A stretch of DNA of 64,000 bases from Candidatus Fimenecus sp. (GTDB taxonomy: Bacteria > Bacillota > Clostridia > Oscillospirales > Acutalibacteraceae): NCBI GenBank assembly GCA_045593555.1, contig JAZNWU010000027.1, forward strand, positions 8,234 to 72,233, in the 5' to 3' direction. Shown in pieces: positions 45,588-55,385 of the stretch (its first letter is position 1; each line of letters opens with the position of its first letter). The notes beneath the pieces are model-generated. The model was given only the letters and a program-made list of their open reading frames with translations, made no database searches and was not told the DNA's origin. The position numbers and the translations under genes are program-made.

Positions 45588-48002
45588 TTATTTAATAGCC
45601 TTTGAAACATCTAACATTACATATTCGTATCCTTGATTTGGCTCAACTGCCGAATAAACAATTGTTGTATTGTTAGCAAATGCAAGATTTTTGTGCTGAG
45701 AGAAATTATCGTCCTCGTATTTTGCATATTTATTGGTCTTCAAATCGAAAATATGCACCTGATAATCTATTGCACTATTTACAGTTCCCAGGACAACAAG
45801 ATATCTTCCGTCGTTGCTAATTACCATCATTTCAGGATTAGACATTCCGTAACCTTCAACTGCAACTTCTTCACCTGTTTTAACATTGTAAAGATTACCG
45901 TTGTATTTATCAAGAAGATATTCGTTGTGATAAAGATAACTCGTATTATTGTGAAGTGAGAAAACAACACTTTCTTTATCATCTTCTTTTCTAATCACAT
46001 TAAATCCCGTATCAGTGACCTTAAGATAACTGACAACATCACCATCTGTAAACACAAAGCTACCTGCTACATCTTTTGCAAAAAGTGACTCCTTTCCATC
46101 AGCCTTAAGATAAATATCTTTTTTGTTTGTAGTCACGTCAGATTCTCTTGTCGTGAAGAATGGAATTCTGCCATTTGTTGATGCATATCCCTCATCAGTG
46201 AGAGTTGAATATCCGGTTGAATATATACTGTTATCACTTGTTAAGAATCTTGTTGTTTTGCCTGTCACAAGGTCAACAATGTAACTATCAGTCCATATGT
46301 TACAGCTCTGTGAAACTGCTTCTGTATTTGAGGTTGCAAGTAATAACGCCTTGCCTTCCTGCTCATATCCTTTTGGAAGATTCACAAGTTTAAACACTAC
46401 CATACTATGGTAATAATTCCCTTGATTTTCTGTTGCACGGAAAACACCTGTACCGAAAAGTTGACTATCCTTCTGAACATAATCAACTTTTACAGGTAAT
46501 TTGTCCTGACCGAGTTCAACCACAGCTTCTACAGTTCCCGTTGGCTGAATTGGAATCATTTTGTTATTATTACACTGATAATAAGCAAGCTTATATTCTG
46601 ATGAATATGCATAGAAAACATTGTCAATATCTGACTGAATAAAATGTCCTGACGCACCTTCACGCTGAATCTGAATTTCAGAAACCTTTTTGCCTGGTTC
46701 TATAACCACACCTGAATTCTGTGTGTTATTATTTCCAAATGGCAGGAATTTGACACAGACAAAAGCAATTGTAAGTAAAAGTGCAAGAATTATGAGAATA
46801 AAAGTCAAATGGTCTTTCATTGTCATCATTGAAACAGTTGATTCTTCATCCTGCTCATTTGTTGACTCTTTTATCTCTTTTGTTTTCTTTTCCTTTTTCT
46901 CTTTTGGTATTTTTTTCTTCTTTTCTTTTTTCTTCTTTTTTGTTTCAGGCTCTTTTGCTTGTTCTACATTTTCCTCTGTTGTATTTTCCACAACTGTTGC
47001 TTCAAAAGGAAGAATCTCTTCAATCGTTTCTTCTTTTAAAACTTTTTTAGACTCGGCAACATCTTCACTTTGTTTAATCTTTTCTTCATCAGGTACCGAA
47101 TCTTCAAAAGAAAGAAGTATTTCAAATCCAGGTTTTTCTGTTTTTTCTGCAGTTTCTTCCTGAACATCATTTTCTACAACTGGTTTTTCCATCTGCACAG
47201 ATGCATCTTTTTTATTTAAAAATGCAAATCTTGAAAACTTTCCCTGTTCCGGTTTTTGTTCTTCAATTACAGGTTCATTTTCACTCGACAGTTCAACGAC
47301 CGTTTCCTTTACAGGAATTTCTGTTTCTTCTTGAAAATCTTCAATAAAAACAATCTCCTCTTTACCGGAGTCTATTGTTTTTTCAGTTTTTTCATCAACA
47401 TCATCCAGCACGATTATAATCTCATCAATTGTTTCTTCAGGGTCTTCAGGTATTTCTATTATTTCACCAACTGTTTTTTCCTGAATCGCCTGTTCCGCTG
47501 ACTCTTCATCAACTTCAGACTCTTCTTTCTCAAAAAAATCAGGTTCATCTTCTTTTTTTGAAAAGAATGGAAAGCCTTTAACTTTCTTTTCTTTTTTAGA
47601 CTGTTTTTCTTCGACTACTTCGTCTTCTTCTGCATCAGTGACAGACTCATCAAAGTATTCTTCAGTCTGTAGTTTTGGCTCATCCTTTTCTTCTTTTACG
47701 GGCTGAACAATTTCTTCAACTTCTTCAGTTTCATTGTCTTCTATTGGACGATTGTTATAATTGTTCTTCTTTTTCTTAAAGAAAGAAAAACCTTTAACCA
47801 AAGGACTTACTGAACGAGATTCTTCATACTCTTCATCGTATTCTTCAAAATCTTTCTCTTCATCATCCTCATCAAAGGCTGAAGAAAAATCCACAAAATC
47901 AGGTTCTTCTTCCTTTGCAATAGCATGTTTTTGCTTATCTTCGACTACAGAATTTTCGTCTTTATCTATATTTTTATTAAAAAGGGTTTTTTCGTCTGAC
48001 AA
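45588..48002 (-). CDS. Large hypothetical protein: ~390-aa acidic low-complexity cytoplasmic region, Lys-rich patch, one TM, ~390-aa extracellular beta-rich domain
   Basis: 804 aa from TTG 48002 (GGAGGTG RBS, 5-nt spacer). E/D-rich N-half, KKKKKEKKKKIPKEKKEKKTKEIKE, TM LTFILIILALLLTIAFVCVKFL. The C-half has repeated strand-like motifs (DGRYLVVLG, YQVHIFDLKTNKY) reminiscent of beta-propeller/TolB-like folds. Confidence 0.6.
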   Translation of the reverse strand: MSDEKTLFNKNIDKDENSVVEDKQKHAIAKEEEPDFVDFSSAFDEDDEEKDFEEYDEEYEESRSVSPLVKGFSFFKKKKNNYNNRPIEDNETEEVEEIVQPVKEEKDEPKLQTEEYFDESVTDAEEDEVVEEKQSKKEKKVKGFPFFSKKEDEPDFFEKEESEVDEESAEQAIQEKTVGEIIEIPEDPEETIDEIIIVLDDVDEKTEKTIDSGKEEIVFIEDFQEETEIPVKETVVELSSENEPVIEEQKPEQGKFSRFAFLNKKDASVQMEKPVVENDVQEETAEKTEKPGFEILLSFEDSVPDEEKIKQSEDVAESKKVLKEETIEEILPFEATVVENTTEENVEQAKEPETKKKKKEKKKKIPKEKKEKKTKEIKESTNEQDEESTVSMMTMKDHLTFILIILALLLTIAFVCVKFLPFGNNNTQNSGVVIEPGKKVSEIQIQREGASGHFIQSDIDNVFYAYSSEYKLAYYQCNNNKMIPIQPTGTVEAVVELGQDKLPVKVDYVQKDSQLFGTGVFRATENQGNYYHSMVVFKLVNLPKGYEQEGKALLLATSNTEAVSQSCNIWTDSYIVDLVTGKTTRFLTSDNSIYSTGYSTLTDEGYASTNGRIPFFTTRESDVTTNKKDIYLKADGKESLFAKDVAGSFVFTDGDVVSYLKVTDTGFNVIRKEDDKESVVFSLHNNTSYLYHNEYLLDKYNGNLYNVKTGEEVAVEGYGMSNPEMMVISNDGRYLVVLGTVNSAIDYQVHIFDLKTNKYAKYEDDNFSQHKNLAFANNTTIVYSAVEPNQGYEYVMLDVSKAIK

Positions 48003-48072
48003 AATAACACCTCCAAAAATCTATACATAATTATTATACAATCTTTCTCATAATAATGCAATAAGAAAAAAT

Positions 48073-48096
48073 GGGGGATAGAAATCTCTATCCCCC
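48073..48096 (-). terminator. Intrinsic terminator of the sugar operon
   Basis: GGGGGATAG/CTATCCCCC stem followed by ATTTTTTCTT on the minus strand. Confidence 0.7.
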
Positions 48097-48109
48097 TTAA
48101 AAAATCTGT

Positions 48110-49720
48110 TTAGTTTTTGTTAAGTGCTGCGAAATTGTCTTTATTTGCGTTGTAAAGCTTTTTGAACACTTCAAAATTCTTATCGTAAATCGCCTTGTTC
48201 TCTTTATTTGGAATGTAAGTGTTTACTGCAGGAATAAGTTTCTTTGCTTCCTGAACACTTGGAATAATACCTGCATTAACTGCAATAAGTACTGCCGCAC
48301 CAACAGCACCAACATTCTGTGGACTTGCAACGGTTTCAACAACTCTGCCTGTACAGTCAGCAAGAATCTGACTTGTAACTGCTGAAAGAGCACCACCACC
48401 AACAAAACGGATTGTGTTTGATGTCTTGATTTTCTTATCCTGAGTTTCAAGGAACCAACGAAGATGGAAACAAACACCTTCAACAACAGCTCTGATAAGC
48501 TCTGTCTTACCTGTGTCAAGGCTTATGTTGAAGAACATACCTCTTGAATTAGGGTCTTCAAACGGACAGCGATTACCATGAAGCCAAGGTGTGAAGATTA
48601 CTCCGCCACTACCTGCAGGAATTGAATCAACAACAGCCATCATATAATCGTAAAGATTTGTATATACAACTTCCATATCAGCATTTTTATGTTTAAGGTC
48701 GTGCTGTTTATCAAGATAAATATCAATTTCGTCAAGTGCCAAATGATCCTTAACCCATTCAACGCACTTACCTGCAGTTTCAAGCTCTGCAAAGTAGTTG
48801 TAAATACCATCAGCAGCACCAACAACAGCTGCAATCATAGCACTTGCATCAACAATACTCTTATCAGCAACAGTTGAAACCCAACCTGATGTACCCTGAT
48901 AAATATGAGTGTCACCAAGAGCAGTTGCACCTGCACCAACACCGATAAGAGTAGCGTCACCGCCACCACCGAAAACTGCAATTCCGGGAACAAGGCCTAA
49001 TTCTTCAGCCTGTTTTGCACGAAGAGTACCGATTTTTTCTGTACAGTCAACAATTTTTGCAAGGTGGTCCATATTAACACCAAGCAATTTGCAAATTGTC
49101 GGACTCCAACATTTCTTATTAATATCATATAACAAAGCACCGAAAGCAGAGTCTTTTGTCATTACAAACTCGCCTGTCATTCTTGCAATAAGATATTCCT
49201 TAACGTCAAGCCATTTATGTACTTTCTTAAAGTTTTCAGGCTCGTGAGCCTCTGTCCATTTATATTTCCAGACAGGGTCCTTAACACTTGCTGCAACAGC
49301 ACCTGTAATCATAAGTGATGGAAGAAGTTTAATGATATTAGCACCTGCAATCTGTGGTCCATAAGCAATACCTTTTTTAAGTTCCTCTGTTGCACGTTGG
49401 TCCATATAGCTGAATGCACGACGAACATGATTTCCGTCTTTATCAACAAGAACTAAGCCCTGCATCTGTGAACAGAATGAAATACCATAAACACTTTTAG
49501 GGTCAACGCCTGCTTCAGCCATAACTTTTTTTGATGTTGAACACATTGCTGCCCACCATTCGTCAGGGTCCTGTTCTGCACCACCGTTAGGCATAATGTA
49601 GAGTTTATAGCCCTCACTTGCAGCAGAAATAAGTTCAATGGTCTTTCCTATTTTGAAAAGACAAGTTTTAACACCTGTTGTACCTATATCAAAGGCAAGA
49701 GCATAGATTTCTTTTTCCAT
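48110..49720 (-). CDS. FGGY-family carbohydrate kinase (xylulokinase/LsrK-like)
   Basis: 536 aa from ATG 49720, with a GAAGGAG RBS 9 nt upstream; the tracked ORF begins at TTG 49738. AFDIGTTGVKT and GGGALS motifs. Confidence 0.85.
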   Translation of the reverse strand: MEKEIYALAFDIGTTGVKTCLFKIGKTIELISAASEGYKLYIMPNGGAEQDPDEWWAAMCSTSKKVMAEAGVDPKSVYGISFCSQMQGLVLVDKDGNHVRRAFSYMDQRATEELKKGIAYGPQIAGANIIKLLPSLMITGAVAASVKDPVWKYKWTEAHEPENFKKVHKWLDVKEYLIARMTGEFVMTKDSAFGALLYDINKKCWSPTICKLLGVNMDHLAKIVDCTEKIGTLRAKQAEELGLVPGIAVFGGGGDATLIGVGAGATALGDTHIYQGTSGWVSTVADKSIVDASAMIAAVVGAADGIYNYFAELETAGKCVEWVKDHLALDEIDIYLDKQHDLKHKNADMEVVYTNLYDYMMAVVDSIPAGSGGVIFTPWLHGNRCPFEDPNSRGMFFNISLDTGKTELIRAVVEGVCFHLRWFLETQDKKIKTSNTIRFVGGGALSAVTSQILADCTGRVVETVASPQNVGAVGAAVLIAVNAGIIPSVQEAKKLIPAVNTYIPNKENKAIYDKNFEVFKKLYNANKDNFAALNKN

Positions 49721-49801
49721 TTTCATTTTCTCCTTCAACTTAAAAGTTGTACATACAATAATATTATCATATTAAAGTGTTTTTGTACAGAATTATTTTA
49801 A

Positions 49802-51178
49802 TTAGTTCTCTGCTTTAAGATTTTTCATTTCCTTGCTGAAAACAATTGCAAATGTAATTGATGCGGTTAGTATTGAAATTGCATCTGAAACAGGCTCTGC
49901 AAGGAATACTGCAAACACCTTGTTTTCGAAGAAATTAGGTAAAATATAAATCAAAGGCACTAAAAGAATTACTTTTCTTAAACAAGCAATAAAAAGTGAT
50001 GCCTTTGCTTTGCCGAGAGCAATAAAAGTCTGCTGAACCGCCATTTGTATTCCAAAGAATACCATTGCACAACCATAAAGACGAATTGTCCATGTTGCAG
50101 TTTCCACAAGTTCAGGATTGTCGTTAAATATTCCTATAAAGAACTGCGGGAACAGCTCAATAGCCATACCGAAAATAAAAACATAAGAGAAGCAAATAGT
50201 CAAAAATGCTTTAAAAGCCTGTTTTACTCTATCAGCATTTTTTGCTCCATAGTTATAACTGATTATAGGCTGTGCACCCTGACCGATACCTTGCGCAGGT
50301 ACCCATGCCATCTGGAAAACTGTTGTGCAGATTGTCATAGCCCCTACGGCAATATCACCGCCATACTTCTGTAATGATGAATTAAATGCCACATTGATTA
50401 CAGCTTCAGTTGCATTCATAATAAACGGAGAAATACCGAGTGCAAATACAGGTAAAAGAATTTTTGCAGACGGTAAAAGATTTTCTTTTCTTATTCTGAG
50501 TTTTGTCTTTTTACCAAGTAAGAAGCAAAGCACCCATATTGCAGAAACTGCTTGAGAAATAATCGTCGCAACAGCAGCACCGCTGACACCCATATCAAAA
50601 GCAAAAATAAATATTGGGTCAAGGATAATATTACAAATCGCACCTATAAGCACAGTTGCCATACTGATTTTTGTAAAGCCTTGTGTTGTGATAAACATAT
50701 TAAGTCCAAGGCTAATCATAACAAAAATTGAACCTGCTGAATAAATCTGCATATATGGAAGTGCATATATTATTGTTTCTTCACTTGCACCGAAAGCCAT
50801 TAAAAGCCTTTCACCAAATGCCATAAATAATATGGTCAATACAATAGCAAAGAAGAACAATAACACAAAACAGTTACCAAGAATTTTCTCTGCTTTTTTA
50901 ATATCGCCTTTTCCCATTTCAATAGCAGCACGAGGAGCACCGCCCTGAGCCACAAGCATCGTAAATGCAGATATAAGAGTAATTACAGGCACACAAAGTC
51001 CCACACCTGTAAGTGCTACCGTGCCCACATCTTCCATGTGTCCTATATAAATTCTATCCACCACATTGTAAAAAAGATTTACAATCTGTGCAAGAATTGC
51101 AGGAATACTCAATTTAATTATAAGGCTCCAGATAGGTGCCGTGGCCATTTGTTTTGATATATCTTGTCTTTTATCCAT
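49802..51178 (-). CDS. MATE-family efflux transporter
   Basis: 458 aa, 12-TM pattern, LSIPAILAQIVNLFYNVVDRIYIG. Confidence 0.85.
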   Translation of the reverse strand: MDKRQDISKQMATAPIWSLIIKLSIPAILAQIVNLFYNVVDRIYIGHMEDVGTVALTGVGLCVPVITLISAFTMLVAQGGAPRAAIEMGKGDIKKAEKILGNCFVLLFFFAIVLTILFMAFGERLLMAFGASEETIIYALPYMQIYSAGSIFVMISLGLNMFITTQGFTKISMATVLIGAICNIILDPIFIFAFDMGVSGAAVATIISQAVSAIWVLCFLLGKKTKLRIRKENLLPSAKILLPVFALGISPFIMNATEAVINVAFNSSLQKYGGDIAVGAMTICTTVFQMAWVPAQGIGQGAQPIISYNYGAKNADRVKQAFKAFLTICFSYVFIFGMAIELFPQFFIGIFNDNPELVETATWTIRLYGCAMVFFGIQMAVQQTFIALGKAKASLFIACLRKVILLVPLIYILPNFFENKVFAVFLAEPVSDAISILTASITFAIVFSKEMKNLKAEN

Positions 51179-51197
51179 TTTCTCACCCGATTGACAT

Positions 51198-52103
51198 TTA
51201 TTTAATCAAATACTGATATTTTTCTAAATAATCTTTTATTTCATTTTTTGTTATATATTCCGTCAAACAACCTACACCTGTAACACACTTACCACCTGTG
51301 ATGTTACCTGCTAATATACATTTTCTGAAATCAAAATCATTGTAAAGTCCGTAGATAAAACCCGAAAGAAATGCATCTCCTGCACCTGTTGCATCTACGC
51401 ACTTGAACTCATCAATGTTTTCAACTACAAAATAGTCACTATCATAGCCTGCACAACCGAGTTTACCGAGTTTTACAACAGGTTTCTCAAAATATTCGTG
51501 GAGAATCTTAAGTGCCTCTTTATAATCTCTTGTACCTGTCAATTTTTCTGTTTCATCGATGTTAGGTGTGTAATAATCAGCAATTTCAATTAATTCTTTA
51601 TGTTTTCCAATAGACATATCGTCACTATATCCCGTATCAAGCACAAGGATTGTGCCGTCTTTTTTTAGCTCCTTATACACCGGAGTGATTTTCTCCTGCA
51701 TAGCAACAACCTTTGCACCCTTAAGAGCATTATAGATTTTTTCATGCATTTCATCAGAATAGATTTCTGTGCCACCATAAGACACAAAAGTCCTGTCTGT
51801 ACTTGTAATGATTGCAGAAGTCACATTCAGCGGATAATTCTGACTCTCAAAAATCTCGTAATTTGTTCCACTTTTAATAAGCTCACCTTTTGCAAAGTCT
51901 GAAAACATATCGTCGCCTAAAAAAGTACCGATTTTTGCAGGAATACCTAAACGGGAACAATTTATCATTGTTGCAGGAAGTCCACCACCAAGACAAACCT
52001 TGAAATCTTTTGAGTAGATTTCTTCACCCTCATTTGGAATTCGTGGCATTCCCGAATAAAGCAAATCAACATTTAATTTTCCGAATGCACCAACAAAACT
52101 CAT
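51198..52103 (-). CDS. PfkB/ribokinase-family sugar kinase
   Basis: 301 aa from ATG 52103 (ATGA overlap with the GH4 stop, AGGAGA RBS 8 nt upstream; ATG 52109 is an alternative). DATGAGDAF motif. Confidence 0.85.
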   Translation of the reverse strand: MSFVGAFGKLNVDLLYSGMPRIPNEGEEIYSKDFKVCLGGGLPATMINCSRLGIPAKIGTFLGDDMFSDFAKGELIKSGTNYEIFESQNYPLNVTSAIITSTDRTFVSYGGTEIYSDEMHEKIYNALKGAKVVAMQEKITPVYKELKKDGTILVLDTGYSDDMSIGKHKELIEIADYYTPNIDETEKLTGTRDYKEALKILHEYFEKPVVKLGKLGCAGYDSDYFVVENIDEFKCVDATGAGDAFLSGFIYGLYNDFDFRKCILAGNITGGKCVTGVGCLTEYITKNEIKDYLEKYQYLIK

Positions 52104-53467
52104 TTCCATTCTCCTGTAAAATCTTTGTTAAGTTCAATATATTGGTCAACTAATTTCTCCGCAAGTGAATATGAACCCACCAAAGGGTGCAGATAAAGGC
52201 AATCAACTGCACTTTCTCTGTCACAATTTATAATCGCCTTTGACGCAAGTCGTTCATACGCCTTTACTCTTGTTATAATCTCTTTATTTTCAAAAGGCAC
52301 ATCACCAATCTGAATTGGTGTCACCTTACCGTTCTTAATTTCACAGGAAATTTCAACTGTATCACTTTCGTCGAGAAAATCAATAGCCTTGTTATCATTT
52401 GGAATGCAAGCAATCATTCTGCATTTTTCCGTTGAATTTTTAGCATCAATTATTCCAAGTGCCACACCTGCATATCCACCGTCGTCGGGTGCATACATAT
52501 CAAAATGCCAAGTTGAATTTCTCTTTTCACCCGTTTCACTTGCCATATATGAATTTTCACGAAGTCCATAGTAATAATCGAATATTTCCAATGCTTTCTG
52601 GAAATCATTTTCAATATCAACCGCTGACAATTCCTCTGTCATTTTCTCATTTATATCAGCAATCTGCTCACCACGGGTACGCTCTGCCTTAAGAATATTC
52701 TCAACTGCCTTTTCACGATTATAGAAATAGTACATATATTCATTCGGAACATACTGTTTTCGCATCAAAAATTCCTTATTAAAATATCGCAAATCAGTAT
52801 TTTCATAAGCCTTATCATCACTTACGATTTTAGCTGTGATATCCTCACCGTCTGCCTTGATGTATTTGAAGAAAGACAAATGATTAAGACCATAACAAAG
52901 TGCATCCAAGTGATTTTCAGGATAACCATAAAGTTCTTCAAATCGTCTTAACATTCCGCTTGGTGCATCGCAAATGCCATAAGTAAAATCATATCCCATA
53001 TCACGAAGAGTCTGTGACACAACTCCTGCAGGATTTGTGAAATTAAACACCATAGCATCAGGCTTTGCGTATTGTTTCACCAATTCACAGTATTCTTTCA
53101 ATGCAGGAATACTTCTCATTGCAAACGAGAACCCTGCCGCACCTGTTGTTTCCTGACCGAGAATACCCAAATCCAATGCAATTCTCTCATCACGGCAACG
53201 CATACGGTCACCACCTGCACGGATTGTAGTTATTACATAATCAGCATCCGTAATTGCCTCTTTACCGTCAGTTGTCAATGTGAATTTCAAAGCAGGACAA
53301 AGACGGCGAGAGACTTCTCCCGCCATCTTGCCGTAAATATTTAGTTTTTTCTCATTGCTATCCATAAAGACGAGCTCTTTTATTCCCATCTTCTGAGCTC
53401 TGTCCGCAATACTCTTTGCAAGAAACATTGAACGGACTCCGCCACCACCGATAACTGCAAGTTTCAT
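52100..53467 (-). CDS. Glycoside hydrolase family 4 (NAD/Mn-dependent glycosidase)
   Basis: 455 aa from ATG 53467 (AGGTGA RBS). MKLAVIGGGGVRS Rossmann start, FTNPAG, CDAPSG-type GH4 motifs. Confidence 0.85.
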   Translation of the reverse strand: MKLAVIGGGGVRSMFLAKSIADRAQKMGIKELVFMDSNEKKLNIYGKMAGEVSRRLCPALKFTLTTDGKEAITDADYVITTIRAGGDRMRCRDERIALDLGILGQETTGAAGFSFAMRSIPALKEYCELVKQYAKPDAMVFNFTNPAGVVSQTLRDMGYDFTYGICDAPSGMLRRFEELYGYPENHLDALCYGLNHLSFFKYIKADGEDITAKIVSDDKAYENTDLRYFNKEFLMRKQYVPNEYMYYFYNREKAVENILKAERTRGEQIADINEKMTEELSAVDIENDFQKALEIFDYYYGLRENSYMASETGEKRNSTWHFDMYAPDDGGYAGVALGIIDAKNSTEKCRMIACIPNDNKAIDFLDESDTVEISCEIKNGKVTPIQIGDVPFENKEIITRVKAYERLASKAIINCDRESAVDCLYLHPLVGSYSLAEKLVDQYIELNKDFTGEWK

Positions 53468-53479
53468 AATATTCACCTA

Positions 53480-55186
53480 TTAAAGAACATCAAACACATT
53501 GCTTTCGCCACTATCCAAATTGAGTCTGAGTGTCTTGTCAACACCATTTTCTGTGAAATCAAGACGAATTACATCTTCACTCTCAAACTCTGCAAAATTA
53601 ACCTTGTAATCCTTATCCTTGAAGAAATCCTTAAGATATTCAATTCTGTTATCGTCAAAGTCACCTGCATTGTCAGAAACGAAAAGCACATTTCCGCAAA
53701 TTGAGTTTACCTTACCGTGAAGAAGCTTCTGCTCCCAATTGTAACCGATGTTAATGTCACGAAGGAAGAATACGTCAGGGTCATTACAGAATGCTCTGCC
53801 GTCAAGGTGATTACGGAAGATTGTGTTAGTAATTGCATTCTGTGATGATGGAATTTCAGCATTGAATCTGATGCCTGTTACTATAGAGTTTATGTTAAGA
53901 CTCTTTTTAAGTTCAAATTTCCAGTTTTTGTTTACGTCACAGCTGATACGACAAGCATCAAAGATACCCATACAAGCACCAAGAGGCACACCACAACCGA
54001 GAATCCACTTGTCACCACAAGCTTCACGAAGCAAATCTACACCGTCACACATAATCTCGCCACGGGTTTTGCCGTTTCTTGGTTCAATACACTGGCTATA
54101 AAGAAAGTCGAGTTTTACCATATCGAATCCCCAGACATTGAGAACTGTGTCGAAAACTTTTTTGATATATGCACGAACATCAGGATTGTAAATATCAAGT
54201 GTGTATGCACCGCCCCAACCCTGACAGCCAAGCATCTTTTTGCCTGTTTTGTTCCATCTGATAAGCCAGTCAGGATGCTTCTTTGCAATAATTGAAGAAA
54301 CTTGAGCACTGAAAGGAGCAAGCCAGATACCTGCCTTATAGCCCTTCTTGTGAATTTCATCTGCGATATATTTCATACCCTTAGGGAATTTTTTGTGGTC
54401 AGTAATGAGCCAGTCACCAACTGCGTGCTGATAACCGTCGTCAACCTGGAAAATATTAACCTCTTCACTTGCTCTGTCAAGTCCGTTAAGGTCACGGATG
54501 ATAATATTTTCATTGATATTCTGGAAATAGTTATACCATGATGTGTAACCTGAAAGATGCTTGATTGCAGGTTTCTTACAACCAACAAAGTCGAAGAAAT
54601 ACTTATCCATAACTTCGTCCATATTGCCCTCGATAATTGCAATATCGAACATTTCATATTCCTGACCCTCTTTGAGCACAAGACCTTCAACATCCTTTGT
54701 AACTCTGAACTTATCATTGTTCATATCAACTTCAAAGACTGTAAAACCTTTGCGTTCACTTCTTGAACCGTAAAGTTTGATTTCCTTTTCGCCTTTTTCA
54801 CGGAAATAACAATATGTATAACCGTGGAACTTGCCTTTTTCACCATATCCCTTTGCAAAATGATAGTCACCTGAAAGTCCTGCAAAATGAGCAGTAAACT
54901 TTGTTATTCTTGCAAGCTCAAAAAGACCGTCAAATGTATCATCCTTTGAAAATTCACGAGATGTTGTCCAAGCCTGATAACCGTTTGCATAGAAAAGGTC
55001 GTCACTGTCAAAATCCTTTTCATATTCAAGAACACAAGTCACCATTTCAAAGCTTTTCTTTGCAGTAAGTACACCCTTGATGCTGTCATCAGTTTTTTCA
55101 TATTTGAATGAGAAAAACTTGTTGTCAAAGCTCTTACAACGAACAATTGCACCATTTTCTTTTACATCAGCATAAAATTTACACAT
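53480..55186 (-). CDS. Alpha-galactosidase-like glycoside hydrolase (GH36-type)
   Basis: 568 aa. FQVDDGYQ, GIWLAPF, VKLDFLY, NDPDVFFLR. Confidence 0.75.
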   Translation of the reverse strand: MCKFYADVKENGAIVRCKSFDNKFFSFKYEKTDDSIKGVLTAKKSFEMVTCVLEYEKDFDSDDLFYANGYQAWTTSREFSKDDTFDGLFELARITKFTAHFAGLSGDYHFAKGYGEKGKFHGYTYCYFREKGEKEIKLYGSRSERKGFTVFEVDMNNDKFRVTKDVEGLVLKEGQEYEMFDIAIIEGNMDEVMDKYFFDFVGCKKPAIKHLSGYTSWYNYFQNINENIIIRDLNGLDRASEEVNIFQVDDGYQHAVGDWLITDHKKFPKGMKYIADEIHKKGYKAGIWLAPFSAQVSSIIAKKHPDWLIRWNKTGKKMLGCQGWGGAYTLDIYNPDVRAYIKKVFDTVLNVWGFDMVKLDFLYSQCIEPRNGKTRGEIMCDGVDLLREACGDKWILGCGVPLGACMGIFDACRISCDVNKNWKFELKKSLNINSIVTGIRFNAEIPSSQNAITNTIFRNHLDGRAFCNDPDVFFLRDINIGYNWEQKLLHGKVNSICGNVLFVSDNAGDFDDNRIEYLKDFFKDKDYKVNFAEFESEDVIRLDFTENGVDKTLRLNLDSGESNVFDVL

Positions 55187-55385
55187 GGTAATTCCCCCCT
55201 AAAATCTTTCATACATAATAATCTTAACATATTAACTAACTAAAATCAACATTAAAACTATTATCTTCCCGACAATCATTCTGCACAAAAATTTGTATGT
55301 TTATTTATACATCCCGTCAAGTGACTTTCATCTGATTTTTAGTTATACTTAATTGAAGATTAAAAGCGAAATAAGGTGTTAATCA

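Noticed and set aside
46690-47163. Plus-strand ORFs (157 and 76 aa) rich in Ser/Phe
   Set aside because: These are mirror-image translations of the low-complexity Lys/Glu-coding region of the 804-aa gene. No start context is present.
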